From assembly GCA_964247055.1 (NCBI GenBank), contig OZ176054.1, forward strand, positions 1,984,001 to 2,048,000: a stretch of DNA of 64,000 bases, read 5' to 3'. Positions 37,138-49,843 of this stretch are shown in pieces. Numbering within the stretch: the first letter of the stretch is position 1; each line of letters starts with the position of its first letter. Both the position numbers and the translations under genes were made by a program. The stretch is from Paragordius varius (taxonomy: Eukaryota > Animalia > Nematomorpha). The notes below the pieces were generated by a model. That model worked only from the letters and a program-made list of their open reading frames with translations. It was not told the origin of the DNA and did not search any database.

Positions 37138-39923
37138 ATGGAGATTTCATCTAAAACTAGTAATCACATAATAATGACATGGGAGGAAATTCGATGGATT
37201 TTCCCTTTCGAACATTTTGCATTCTGTTACATTTGTCCCGTTTTGATTGTCCTAAGCTTGATTGGTAACATATTAGGGTTTGTAACAGTGTCAAACGATA
37301 CGAAAAGACCTACTAATACATCATTTTGGAGATTTTTAACAAGCAGACTTAAAACCACTTCTTCAAGTATCATACCAACTTCCCTAATCAATTCCCAACC
37401 TAACCGTAATGTTAGGAGAAAATCAATTTTGTCACCAACAGCACATGGACGTAACGTGCAAAATATATTATTACATATAATATTTGCGACTAATGTGGTT
37501 GGAACTTTAACATGTATCCCCTGGCCCATTATGGATTGTATGGGGAGAGCAAGGTTAAATGTTTTTCACATCATCCTATTGTAATATAATTTTTTTTAAT
37601 GCTTGAATTCTTAGCTATATATTTAGTTATTTAGCCATTTAAAAAATTAAAGATTTAAACGACTTTTTACTTTTATTTATTATCTCTAAATGATTTTGAC
37701 ATTTTTCGCATGTTTTTATAATCAGGGCTATAGCATTGAACCAATCAATTTGGGTCTTTATCCGGCGCAGACGGTTCAATGGCTCAAATAGTTTATTTGG
37801 CTTAAATATTATATAGGGCTTACAAGTTAATATGCATGAATTTTAAATTTTTCAACTAAAAAGACAAGTGAATAATATGGGAACCACTTGAGTCGGCTTA
37901 TCCACATTGCTCATATACAGAAGCAAATTTGAGTTGACCGCAAAAAAAATTGTTGAAAAAGCTCATTATTTTGTGCGGAAACTAAAGCTGACTAAAGTCC
38001 TATAATTTATTCGAAATGCCTGATTTCAAATACTAAACACTCAGGTCCAACAAAAGGATTGTTAATCATTCTCCTATCGATTATAAGTATTCTAATATAA
38101 ATTACTCTGTCTTAAAACAACCTTTTAAGGAGGTTAACACTCTCTTCTTAAGTAACAGTTTGCCTTATTAGGGAAGTAGAATTCAATATTATTTGTTAGT
38201 CTTATATTTTTCTCACAGTTCATCCGGGTTGGTCCCTTTTGTATTCAAGTAGGTAACAAAAATATCTTTTTACTTTATTAAAACGTACATTAATAATGTT
38301 AAATAGAATACCAGGAATGCAAGCCCACCTCAGTTTTTAAGTCGTGCCTCTCTGTGTAATTTTATTTACATATAAAAAAATTGGTTTAAGTGTATATAAA
38401 TTCCTTGAGACAACGATAGTTTTTTTAAATATTAACGTTATAAAGTAGGGGTGTCATGTGCTCTGAAATGGATCTATTACATTGTAAAAAAAATTTAGCT
38501 TTTGGTGAACGACATATCTATAACCGGAGGGTCCAACACTAAATAAGCAAAATATTGAATTTAAATTATTATTATTTCATAAATGTTTTTTCAAGGTTAT
38601 AAATTATAAAGTGCTCATTGAAATGAAAATTTTTTTTAATGATTACATTCTAAAATACCGCCAGATTAATTAAAATCGCTTAAATATTTTAGTAGCTTAG
38701 AACATTTTAGAATAAATTAATTGAGGATTTGAATTAAGATCCGAAAATATTTTTGCCGTCATCAATTATTAAAAAAAGATGATTATTTATTTTTTATGTT
38801 ATTCACACCTTCACGTTTACAAATGTATGGAAAAAAATAAGTTAGAATAATTATCAGGTTCGAGGTAAAAATTGATACGTAAAAAATTAATTTTTGTTTT
38901 CCCAACGAACATGTAGATAAATTGGGCTCTGTATTTATAAATTAAAATATATAGTTAGAAAGGGGCAACTGGCACAAATATTTATTATATAAGCCATAAC
39001 TTATATGGAAATAGTTTTTAGGATTAATATATATTTAAATTTATGTTTGTGAAACTTATATGTCGTATTAAAAGTCGGACGGAGAAAATCTAATAGTGCG
39101 TTGTATCGTCATCTAAAATCACATTTTGTATTAATCGTTTTGTCATTTTTTTCTAACTCTGCAAAAAAAACAACGCATAGGAATCAAAATTCCAAAGTTA
39201 GTTTTGCTCAGCAGATTAAGTATTCGTTTTTAGATCGTATTCGCCGGCCTTATAAAGCATAATTTGAGATTTCAGTCACAAATGATGAATACGAACAATA
39301 CTGTAAGTTGAGATGTGATATGCTATGTTTAACAAAAATAGTATCAATTGACTCAAGTTATGGAAGAAAACATAAGGGGATTTGCAGAAAATAATATTTG
39401 AGTTTACCCATATAAAATCACGTATCAAATTCACCCTGGAACAATTCAAATTCACCCTAAAATAAGTTATGTGTTTTTTCAAGATTAAAAATTACCTTTA
39501 TTTTATAATATTTTTAAATAATAAAATTTTATTTAAAATAATATAATGCTATAAAAATAATGAACCATCTCGTAAAAATATTTTTCATTATAAAGATGAG
39601 TTGTATTATCCCGAAAACACATAATTTATTTAAGGGTGACGTTGAATTGTTTAAGAAATTTAATATTAAATTGTATTTATTAAAGAAAATCTGTTTTATT
39701 GGCATAAAACACCTTCTTATTATTACTTATAATTAATTTTTACCCATGATCTAGTAAAATGTAAGTTTATAAATCAAAAATAAAAACCATTTTCATTATG
39801 ATACATGTTAAACATTCTCTTTAAATTTCTTATGGACGCTCTGTAGAAAATATTTACATTTGCGATGGATAGACTGGATTTAAAATTTACATTTTGTATC
39901 CAATTTTAGCCAAAAAATCGTCA

Positions 39924-39957
<34 letters not shown>

Positions 39958-41532
39958 TTAAATTTTTGGTAGCTAAAAATATATGATTTTAAGATACCAA
40001 ATAAGGCATACTTGAACAAATCAAAAGTACATTTATTATCTCTAAAAGAAGAGCTGTATTATTTTAACAACATATATAAAACAAAGAAATTTAAACTTTC
40101 TCCAACAAAATATTTTTTAAAAATCAAATAAAATATATTAACGGATATAACAAAGTGAGAATGTGGGATCCCAAAAGACAAAAAAATAATAGGCGTTAAA
40201 ATTTTAGATTTTATTGTAAAGTTTTTATCCATTTTTTGCTAATACTATATTTTATTTAATAAAACTGTTAATTTATAATTGTATCTTCTTTCATCTCATT
40301 TTAGTCACAAAAATTTTAGCCTTGCAATTATTAATTGACCTTGTTGTGACCGTGAAAAACCATCCTTATAACCGGTCAAACGGCTGGGTATATGTGCCTT
40401 ATATATAAATTTTTATTTTTATTTGCCCTGTAGATTGGCTACGTGGTGGCTTTCTCCAAGTTGGCAACGATACATGGCCTACTATTACTTTCCGACATCC
40501 AAAGCATTTCTAAGTGCAAACTATTTTGTTTCAATGCTATTTTGTATGGACCGCTATATTGCTGTATTTTATCCATTTAAATATAAACATTTGACACAAA
40601 TGAAGTATGTTACGCCAGTGATCCTCCTCTGCTACGCATACTGTTTTAGTGTTTATGCGCCAGCAATCTTATGGTTTCAATTGGTAAAAGTTCAAGTCCC
40701 TGATTATTATAACTCATCCATAAAACCCGAAAAAAGTGTATTCAATCAATTACCACACATTTATAATACATCGAATTTTCGGCGCCTAAATCTTTACATT
40801 TTTAGCAATTCTGCAATTCTTGATACATTAGCCTGGCGATTTTATCAAGTGTTTAGAGAAGTTACTTCAAATTTTGTGCCGATGGTAATAATGATGTGGC
40901 TTAGCATATCTATATCGTTTAGAATTGATAAAGTTAGCAATAATGTTAAAAGTGTCTCAATTGAAGATGACAATCCATCAAATATAATTATTCAAAATAA
41001 AAATAATAAAAATTCAATGAATAAAGTTAAATTTTTTTACCATTTGTTTAACGGATTAAAAAATGTGAAATCCACGAATCCGTTTGAAATAAATAACGCG
41101 CCTATAGGGAGCGATAAAGAACTTAAAGCCAATTCAATCGAGTTTAGAACTCCTAAACGATCTTTTTACGGCTTAAATTATATGCCTCATAGAAAACTAA
41201 GTGTCACACTAAATATGAAAGGACCGTATAATCAATTTGTAAATAAAACAGCCACAAAGAGAGCTAAACAAAATCATATTATTATGTTAACGCTATTCGT
41301 GCAATTTTTTATTTTTATTTTCCCGTTATCTACATTTCAAATGTTTTATGAAATGTTGCGACAAATTTTGTCTCCAACCGCATTTAATGTGATTATGGTG
41401 ATTGGAAATCTTAACCAAATTCAATTTATGGTTTGGACATTTTATTTCAATTTGATTATAAATAAACGATTTCGTCATATCTTTTTACGACGTTTTCGAT
41501 CTTCCATCGCTGGAGCAAGCTCATCAACCTGA
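37138..41532 (+). CDS. Orphan rhodopsin-class GPCR (peptide-receptor-like), 2 exons, ~504 aa
   Basis: Exons 37138-37553 and 40434-41532 joined in phase 2 (1515 nt). TM1 LIGN, DRY in CMDRYIAVFYPF, TM5 FVP, seven hydrophobic segments, helix 8 NKRFR. Confidence 0.85.
39424..39655. mobile_element. Foldback subfamily A with eroded ends, in the GPCR intron
   Basis: CAAATTCACCCTGGAACAATTCAAATTCACCCTAAAATAAG at the left and CATAATTTATTTAAGGGTGA..TTGAATTGTTT at the right; interior resembles the 11541 copy. Confidence 0.75.
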
Positions 41533-41579
41533 ATTCACCAAATTATTCAAATTATTAATAAAAATAATATTTATACCAT

Positions 41580-42895
41580 GGCCCATGTGAATGAGCCAGT
41601 TGAGCAGGCTCATTCACCACTTTTAATGATCCAGGTGAATGAGCCTTCCTCATTCTGTTGAGATGGAGGAATTTTTAATCCTGGTTTTTTCAGGATTAAG
41701 CTTGTTACAAAAGCCGATATCTCGAGAACTAGGAAGAATTTTTGGAATCTGCAAACTGTATTAGCCTTAATAAAGTATATTTAATATATGTATATGGTAG
41801 GTTTTGGAAATTTTGGACATGGATTAAAAAATATTTTTTGGGCAAATGCTTACTAAAGGTTAGATGCTTTATTTTTATATATTTAGGCAAGAAATGGTAG
41901 TTAGTTCGAGTTTATAAGCAAGTTTACTGAATATTTAGAAAATCATTGTATAACTACTGATATGTTTACTCAAGAATTTAGAAGAAACCATTCTAAATGG
42001 TAAAATAATCAGGAATACTATCGAGTATTTTAAATTTGGTTTATTTTAGACATGAAACTCTGCTACTTATTAATGATAATCGGAGTATTCGGTAATACAT
42101 ATTTCTATAAAAGCGATAGGTAACATTGACTAAAATGAGTTAGCAAACTTTTATCAGAAGAGCAGACAACACCTATATTGAATAGCCATCAGACAGTAGT
42201 AGATCGGAAAAAAGAATTAATTTGACATAATTTTATTTATAATTTATTTTTACACAATAAATGAATATATTTTATAAATGTATTTTTGGTTTGGCCCAGT
42301 TATTGGGATTCCATGGATTAATTTACGATATATGTCTCTATCATTTGTTGCGTTTCGAGGTATGTTCAGGAATTTAAAGTTGTTCTATGATTTGAGTCAG
42401 TTGTTTTAGACCTCCCTTTTCGGTTAAGGGCAGGGATCTGTAAATCAAGAATTTCTTTTGCAGGTGAGTCTATACTGGATCTGTCTATGTGTCCAAAATA
42501 CCGAAGTCTATTCTGATAAAAGCTGTTATTGGTTCTAGTTCAATGGTAGAATTTATCATTATATAGCATTTTGTCTTCCGTTCTTTTCAATCTCGATTCT
42601 AATGTTTTTGTAATTGCCCAATTTAAATATTGATCATTTCTTCGGCTAAAGCCTCCCAGACCTTAAGCTTTTTGTCATTGCTGAATTTATTTACGGATTC
42701 ATAAAGATGAATGGATATCTATAAATTATTTGAACAAAATAACCTAAATCGCGTGTAGAACTGTTATCCATCATACTGATAAAAATTTTAAAAACTCCCA
42801 CCTCAAAAACTCAATCACCTCCCTCAAACATATGCTTCCTCATAATCCATAATCCAGGTGAATGAGCTTGAAAATTGGCTCATTCACATGGCCCC
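41580..42895. mobile_element. TIR element with GG..CC termini and AT flanks (PHIS group: ISL2EU/Harbinger-like), carrying a MADF-like relic
   Basis: Ends GGCCCATGTGAATGAGCCA / TGGCTCATTCACATGGCCCC, with AT at 41578-79 and 42896-97. Each end has an inverted GTGAATGAGC pair plus ATCCAGGTGAATGAGC. Minus strand ~42636-42775 gives YFVQIIYRYPFIF / KFSNDKKLKVWEALAEEM, which is MADF/SANT-like. Confidence 0.65.
42366..42635 (-). mobile_element. RTE-like LINE 3' fragment nested in the TIR element
   Basis: WAITKTLESRLKRTEDKML..IELEPITAFIR/RLRYFGHIDRS..AKEILD..NRKGRSKT, typical of the RTE post-RT region. Confidence 0.75.
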
Positions 42896-42925
42896 ATATG
42901 TTTTATTTTCGTATAAAATTTGAAT

Positions 42926-43745
42926 ATGATCGCTAGTCGAGCAAGTTTTTTGGTATTTTTGAGTCTTTGGTTTTCATATTTGCTTCTTTACTTTTTACGA
43001 AAACCGATTGGAATTGTAAGCTAATCATTAAATTCTTAGATAAAAACAAATTTAGAGACTGAATATGATTTCAAAAAATTTCAAATAGGTTTGTTGGATT
43101 CGGCATTTTTATTGCCATATTCTTTATCTCAAGTAAATTTTATGGTTTATTTTAGATTTTATTTATAAATGCAGTTAGTGGATATGATTCAATTTCATTT
43201 TTATTATTTTCCATGTTATTGGCTGCTATATCAACTATGGGTTTGGGATATGTTACCACAACATTCTTACCATTTTTTATCATGTTATTTCTAAATGGAT
43301 TTTTTCAGGTTTGACATTATTTTAAATTTTATGCTTGACAAATTTTTAAATAAAAATTATTATTTGTGCTTTATATATAAATAACCTAAAATTATATAAA
43401 GATTTTAATATCGTGAATAAATAAAAGAGATGTTTTATTTTTTGATTATCGCTATTTTGAGCCATACATAATATCATCTCTGAATAAATATTTGTTTATT
43501 TTTAGTAAGGATTCCTTTTTTTATTGTTAATTATATATAGGTTTTTGGGTCATTTTTTAATTTGAAACTGCCGGACAGTTTGTGGTATAAAATAACCACA
43601 CCATAATTTATTTTAAACTTTTACAAAAAAAATATCCTATTTAAAAAAATCAAATAAATTTTAATTATCCAAACAAAAACATTTATTATTGTAATTGATA
43701 TACATATTTAACCGTTTTAAGGAAATTCGTTTTTTGCCATAATAA

Positions 43746-43790
<45 letters not shown>

Positions 43791-46700
43791 TATTAATTAT
43801 TTTTTAATGATTAGGGATTGTTGTGTTTATAAAACAACGGAAATGATATTTTAAATCGCAGCGTTCAAGAGCGAGGAATTAATAGAAGTTTTTTTCAAAA
43901 AATAAAAAGTGAAAATTTTTTATACGATTAGCGATTAATTTGGTATCTAATATACGAAAATTATACCAAGATTTAATCAGAAACAACTTTAATTTGTGAA
44001 ACTTGCAATTGTTTGCAGTTGTTAATTTGATCATTGTTTTTATATTTATTTTACCGTTGACGAAATATTTATTTGGCATATAATTTATATTTTGATAAAT
44101 AAACATAAAAATTTTGTAAATGTAATAACACGGTGTGATGTGCTAAAAACTATTTATTACTTTAATTTTTTTAATTTATTACAGAATTCGCTAAAAAAGA
44201 TATCCTTAACACTTTATTACCTGAAAAAACCCTAAAATTACGTATTTCATAGTCAACTATCAATTTTTTGTTAAAAATAGGCATATTTTAAGTGCTCTAA
44301 TGTTTTATGATTAGAGAAAGTTCCCAAATAATGCACTAATAAATAATATTTAATGATAAAATAATACTTAAACCATGATTGCAATCACTTATAATAATAA
44401 TATTGAACAATATTTATTTTCCTTTATCCATATATAAAATACATACACGCATACAGGGATTTTATTGGCCAATAGCTATTAAAGTCATCTCCAATTTATA
44501 TGGCAAATCACCTAATCTTAACTTTATTCTTGGGCTTTATGGGACGTGTGCGTTTGCTGGGGGGACTTTGGGAACACTTTTAGCTGTAATAAATTTTACA
44601 TTTTTTATAAAATAATTATTATCATAATGATTTTACCTTTTTATTCTTAAAGATTGGTTGTTTTATAACTCATGTTTGTTTAAATAAAGCTTGTTTGAAT
44701 TGCATTACCATTTTTTTGACCGATTAGTATTGATTAAAACACGGATGATTATTTGTTTTAATGAGGAATAAAATGAAATATTTTATAAATTTTTGTTTTC
44801 AACAACATAATTGAAATTGATTGGTTTAATTTTAATCTATTATTTAAAGCATTTACACTAATGTCATATTTTAGGTTTACATACGTGACAAATACAATTG
44901 GCACTTGATATACCCCATAACATCGCTTATAATTGTATGCTTTTAATTATTATATATTTAGATATTTATGTAAAAAAAATTTTTTTTAAAAAAAACATAT
45001 TTTTTTATCTTTTGTACTTAAATAAATTTATTTTTTACAGATAATATATGTCGTTGTATTCTTGATTCTGTATGAATGCATTAAAAAACATATTCACCCA
45101 CATCTGGGCCTTATTTCGAATCCCTCATCAGTCATCAATACAGAAAAAATCAACAATTCACAAAATACTATTACGCCTAAACAAAAATCTATATTCAAAG
45201 GTTAGCCTTGTTTTTATTGAATTACTTAATAAATTAATATTTCTATGTTTGTTAATTAATATAACTCAATAAAAATATAACTATTATGGAATTTGGTTTA
45301 AAAAATATATATATTATGGATCCTAATTTTTATTTTTTTGCTTTTTTACTTTTTTATAGATGGATTGGGTACATCTTTGATGCGAATACCTGTAATTATT
45401 TGGGAAAGATCGTTGCATACTATACAGATATTTCGGACTATACCGTATTTTATTTAATATGGATATGTATAAAAATACTTTATCTCTTGTGTAAAATAGT
45501 TAATTAGAAATATTGGATAATTATTTTTTAGTTATAATTGTTAAAAATTAAATATATTACAAAAAAAATTGCACAACAAACTCTTTTATGTGGTTAAAAT
45601 TTATTATCTAACTTTATATGATTGAAAATAATTTTTGATTATTTTAGATTGGTTTTTGACGTATCACTCTCTATGTTTTGTGTTAAAACAATTCGTTACA
45701 TTCTATACATGTGGCTTCCTATGCTATTGGAACAGCAAGTTTATTTTTATAATACATTTTAACTTATTTCTAAATTTTCTTTCAGCTAAATATTTGTTGT
45801 TTTTTATATTAACATTTTTAATAAAATTGATGATTGTCGTTAAAGATTATAATTTATATGTAAAATTGTGATAGTAAAATATTCCAGCCATGTTATTTAA
45901 ACAAATGGAAATTATTTGATTATATCTTAGAAAAGTGCATTTTATTTAGATAATACTTTAACTGCAAATAAAGGTAAGGTTTAGAGTTGATTAGAATTAT
46001 TGCCCTAAACTTAATAATTTACAAACACTTTATGATGACTCATGAAAAAATTTATTTGGTATTTCTAGAGTGGTTACACGAGTACAAAAGCCGGAAATAT
46101 GTCTGCAATGTTTGAGATTGGTGGGCTTATGGGATCCATGGTCTTGGGTTTCGCCTTAGATCGGTAATTTATTTTTTATTTATTATATTTTTAATGTTTT
46201 TTAGTTTTTTCTGAATATATATAAAATGCTATGTTACACGTAATAGTTACTTGGATTTCATATTTAGAAATTACAGTAAACATTGAAATTATACGGACAA
46301 AACGTAAAAATATGAAGACAAATATTTTTTCTAAAATACAATCATACTTTTCAAATCCTGATTTTTTTATATACAACTCATTGTTTTAAACTTCAAAGTA
46401 TAGAATAGAGGTATAAATTGGTAACACAATCAATTACATATATTTCACTGTTTTTAAATGTTTTAATAGGATAAATTAAGGCTTGAAAAAGATGGTTGTC
46501 TTTGAAAAATTTTGTGATATTTTTGTTTTTGTCCGTATAATTTCAGTTTTTACCCTAAATCAATAAAGGAGTTTATTAGTTAAATGCGCTGTTTTGTTAA
46601 AAACCTATCATGAGACGGAGGCTATTATAAGTAGTGAAAGAATTTAAAATGAAACAGTAATTTCAGGCTTTAAAATGGTGATTTAAAACGCTAAAAAAAT

Positions 46701-48923
46701 TTTCCTTTATTAAAACTTTAAAAACTACATTAAGTGCCAATTAAAATATATATATATTAATCCAGTCAAATTTTTTTACATAATTCCTTTATCTTGTTTT
46801 ATCATTATTTAAAATTTGAATAGATTGTTTTTCAAACTGGTAACTTTTATGTAATACCGAAAATAAGCTTAAAAATGTAATTAATTATTAATTTATGATC
46901 AATGATTGATATTATTTTCATCTCGAATATGATCCCATTCTTGGGTAATATTATATCATCAAACAAATATTACACCGATATCAAATTAATTATATATGTA
47001 TATTCTAGATATTATCGAAATACGCAAATGAAAGGCATATATTATTTCTTGGTTGGACATTGCGCCACCATATTCGTTTTTTGGTGGTGTACACAAAGTA
47101 GTGAAATTCCATCCATCTTTACGGCTGGGGTGTTAGTTTTTCTCGGTATTCATAATTTACTTTTAAAAATCCAATTAATATACCATTTACAGTTTAAATT
47201 CACCCTCGAACAATTCAAATTCACCCTAAAAATAAATTATGTGCTTTCGAACTAATATAACTCATTATTAATATAAAATATATCTTTATGGCCTAATTTA
47301 TTATTTTTTCAATATTATTATTTTAATTTGAAAAAAAAATTTTATTTTTTAAAAATTATACTAAAATATAGGTAATTTTTAATCTTAAATAACTTGTTAT
47401 TAATAACAGGGTTAATTTGAATTGTTTTAGGGTGAATATTAATTGTTCAAGGGTGAATTTGAATTGTTTAAGGGTGAATTTAAATTGTTTAAGGGTGAAT
47501 TTGAACTGTAAATGGTATATTTACATAGCTGCAAACCTCAATTATAAGATTATATTTTTTAAATTTATTATCCATTTTGTCAACCATGATTGAAAGCTTT
47601 TTGCGCCCGAAAAGTCCACCAAAAAACTCTTTCATCTCATCATAATATGAAAACTTTGTGAAAGCGTTGGACATTAAAAAAACTTGTACCGTTTTTTTTT
47701 AATTATAAATTTCATTTATGGATGGATTGTAAAATTTAATTTATTGAAAATTCTGATGTTATGGAGGACGCAAATATATTATTCTGTTATAACCAATATC
47801 GATTTGTTAAAAAAGTAATCTTAAATTTTTAGATATATAACTCAAGCGGAAAATATTATTAATCATAATATTAAGTTAATTAATACAGTAAAATGTCATA
47901 GAAGTCTATTTTGTACAGAAAGAGGTTGGTTAAAAAAAATTAACAAGGTGTTACTTTACAATAATTATAATGTCATTGAAGAGATGTTTATAATTAAACA
48001 TATTTCACGCATTTATCATTGAAATAAAATAGGTCTTTTCCTCGGTGGCCTCGATAACATGATGGGTAGTTGTGTACCCCTCTACATTATTCAATGTTGG
48101 GAAGATGATATGAGTAAAAAAAGTATGACATCTTTCCAAAATGGTGGAGAAAATACGTCTTTGATAAGTCCACATCAAAAACACCAGGAAAATCAACTGC
48201 TCCTAGAGACCGGTATTAATAATATTAATGATGTCGTCATAATCGAAAAAGAACTTAAAAAAATAAATTATGGTGATGGCGAAAATCCGATTGTTATGGA
48301 AAAATCGGCAATTATTGGCCTGATAAATGGTATGGGTTGTTTTGGGACTTTTATTGAGGGTCCCTTGATTGGTTACATATTGGTAAGTGGGGGCAGCGGT
48401 ACTACAAAACATGGGGGGTCTAATGTCGACAACACAGTAAGTTATATCAATTATTAGACCTTTTTATTAGGGTTGGTGTTTGATTGACCCATTTTGAATA
48501 CTTGATGTTTTTAGCAAAACCCTCTAATAGGGGATATAAATTAATTGTATTCGATCTAAATCTAATATTTTATATCATATTTTTGTGTTTGATAATATAA
48601 TTTTAAAACGATTTGCACCAAATTAATTTATTTGTTATGATATTAATTGACTTTATTATCTATAAATTACTGCTAAAGTTGTCATACCTGTTATTATCTT
48701 TTGATCAGTCCAAATCTCAAAAAATTTTGCAATTTTTTTTGGTATTTATATATTCACTATATCTATTTAGATTGAATCAAAATTACACGAAAAACCGTCG
48801 CTTGATTTAGCACACCACCAAGAATGGTTCAAATTTTATTTATTGCTTATTGTGTTGGCAATACTTCCGCTGGTTAAATGTCTTTCTACCCGATCAACTC
48901 GTCAAAAAATATTTGCGCAATAA
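42926..48923 (+). CDS. SLC37/OPA-family (glycerol-3-phosphate/sugar-phosphate exchanger-like) MFS transporter, 12 exons, ~531 aa; the first two introns are 24 and 23 nt
   Basis: Exons 42926-43015, 43040-43132, 43156-43308, 44457-44585, 44875-44934, 45041-45200, 45360-45444, 45648-45738, 46069-46163, 47009-47145, 48033-48382, 48771-48923 (1596 nt). Motifs YFLRKPIGIIK, IGLLDSAFLLPY, FLNGFFQGFYWP, FCVKTIRYILYMWLP, FEIGGLMGS..LDR, GLINGMG..EGPLIG. Confidence 0.9.
43752..43789. repeat. (TA)19 microsatellite; similar runs at 50967-51004 and 62841-62879, and many shorter ones
   Basis: Read directly from the sequence. Confidence 0.95.
46274..46555. mobile_element. Tc1/pogo-type MITE, copy 2 (SLC37-like intron 9)
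   Basis: TA-CAGTAAACATTGAAATTATACGGACAAAAC ... GTTTTTGTCCGTATAATTTCAGTTTTTAC inverted ends. Confidence 0.75.
47182..47516. mobile_element. Foldback subfamily A, complete, opposite orientation to the 11541 copy (SLC37-like intron 10)
   Basis: ACCATTTACAGTT...AACTGTAAATGGT with ATAT flanks; short left arm and longer right arm of 21-bp units. Confidence 0.9.
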
Positions 48924-49843
48924 TAAAACTTTATTCAAACAACTTTTACAAATACTCTTTTGAAGTTTTAAAAAATTTGAAAATCAAACTTTTAATCGGG
49001 TTCTGCTTAACTTTTATGGCAATATTGTATTTATTTATATAGACACCGGTTACAATTAATATATAATTTACGCATTTTTTCATGTTGCATTTTGATCTCG
49101 TTTTTGTGATTCTATTTTACCTACAATTAATAATATATATATATCGAACGTTATTTATATTTTATTGAATTAAATTATTATAGTGTCCACTTACTTATTA
49201 AGCCAAATTTATTCTGTGCTATCAATAAATTCTATTTACGTTCATTATCAAATTTTTATACTAAAAAATTAGTAAACTATAAGTTAAACAGTACGGTTAA
49301 ACCCAAATTCACATTAAACATTTATTTAACAATTCTAAGCATGTGTCGTTTAGTATTAGAGCCAGACCATTAATTATGTAATTTATTCAAAGAATAGTTT
49401 TTAATTTTTTAAAAATGGAAGCAAAATTAGATCTTTAAGGCTGGTTATCTAAAATCTTCTACTGCATGGACATTAAAATAATTTATGTTGTTTTAAAAAT
49501 ATGCAATAAACCTTTTCCAACATCGTTCAACTCAACCCCAGACAAATTGTAGAAAATGCTTATATTTAATATAAATTATATTTTTACATCACATTGCCTC
49601 CTAAATCGCTGGGTACAAAAAAATAATTTGATGAAAAATATATCCTGAGAGGAAAATGTATCTGAATTATTATATTCTTTTGGTTTTGGCTCTTGCGGGT
49701 AATTTAAGGAGGTTATTTTTTACACTTTTGTGGTAAGTGCTCCATCCATATCAGAAAATGGCAAAATTTGCTCACATTTTTGAAAATATAATTTTTTTTG
49801 GTTGGTGTAAGAGAGGCTTTATTCCAAAGATTATCACTAATAT

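Noticed and set aside
37725-37820. Extra GPCR exon or hairpin RNA (CATTGAACC...GGTTCAATG)
   Set aside because: The frame closes with a stop and exon 1 joins exon 2 in phase without it; more likely a TE terminal remnant.
46902-47255. 117-aa ORF as an independent gene
   Set aside because: It is transporter exon 10 read through flanking intron into a foldback arm.
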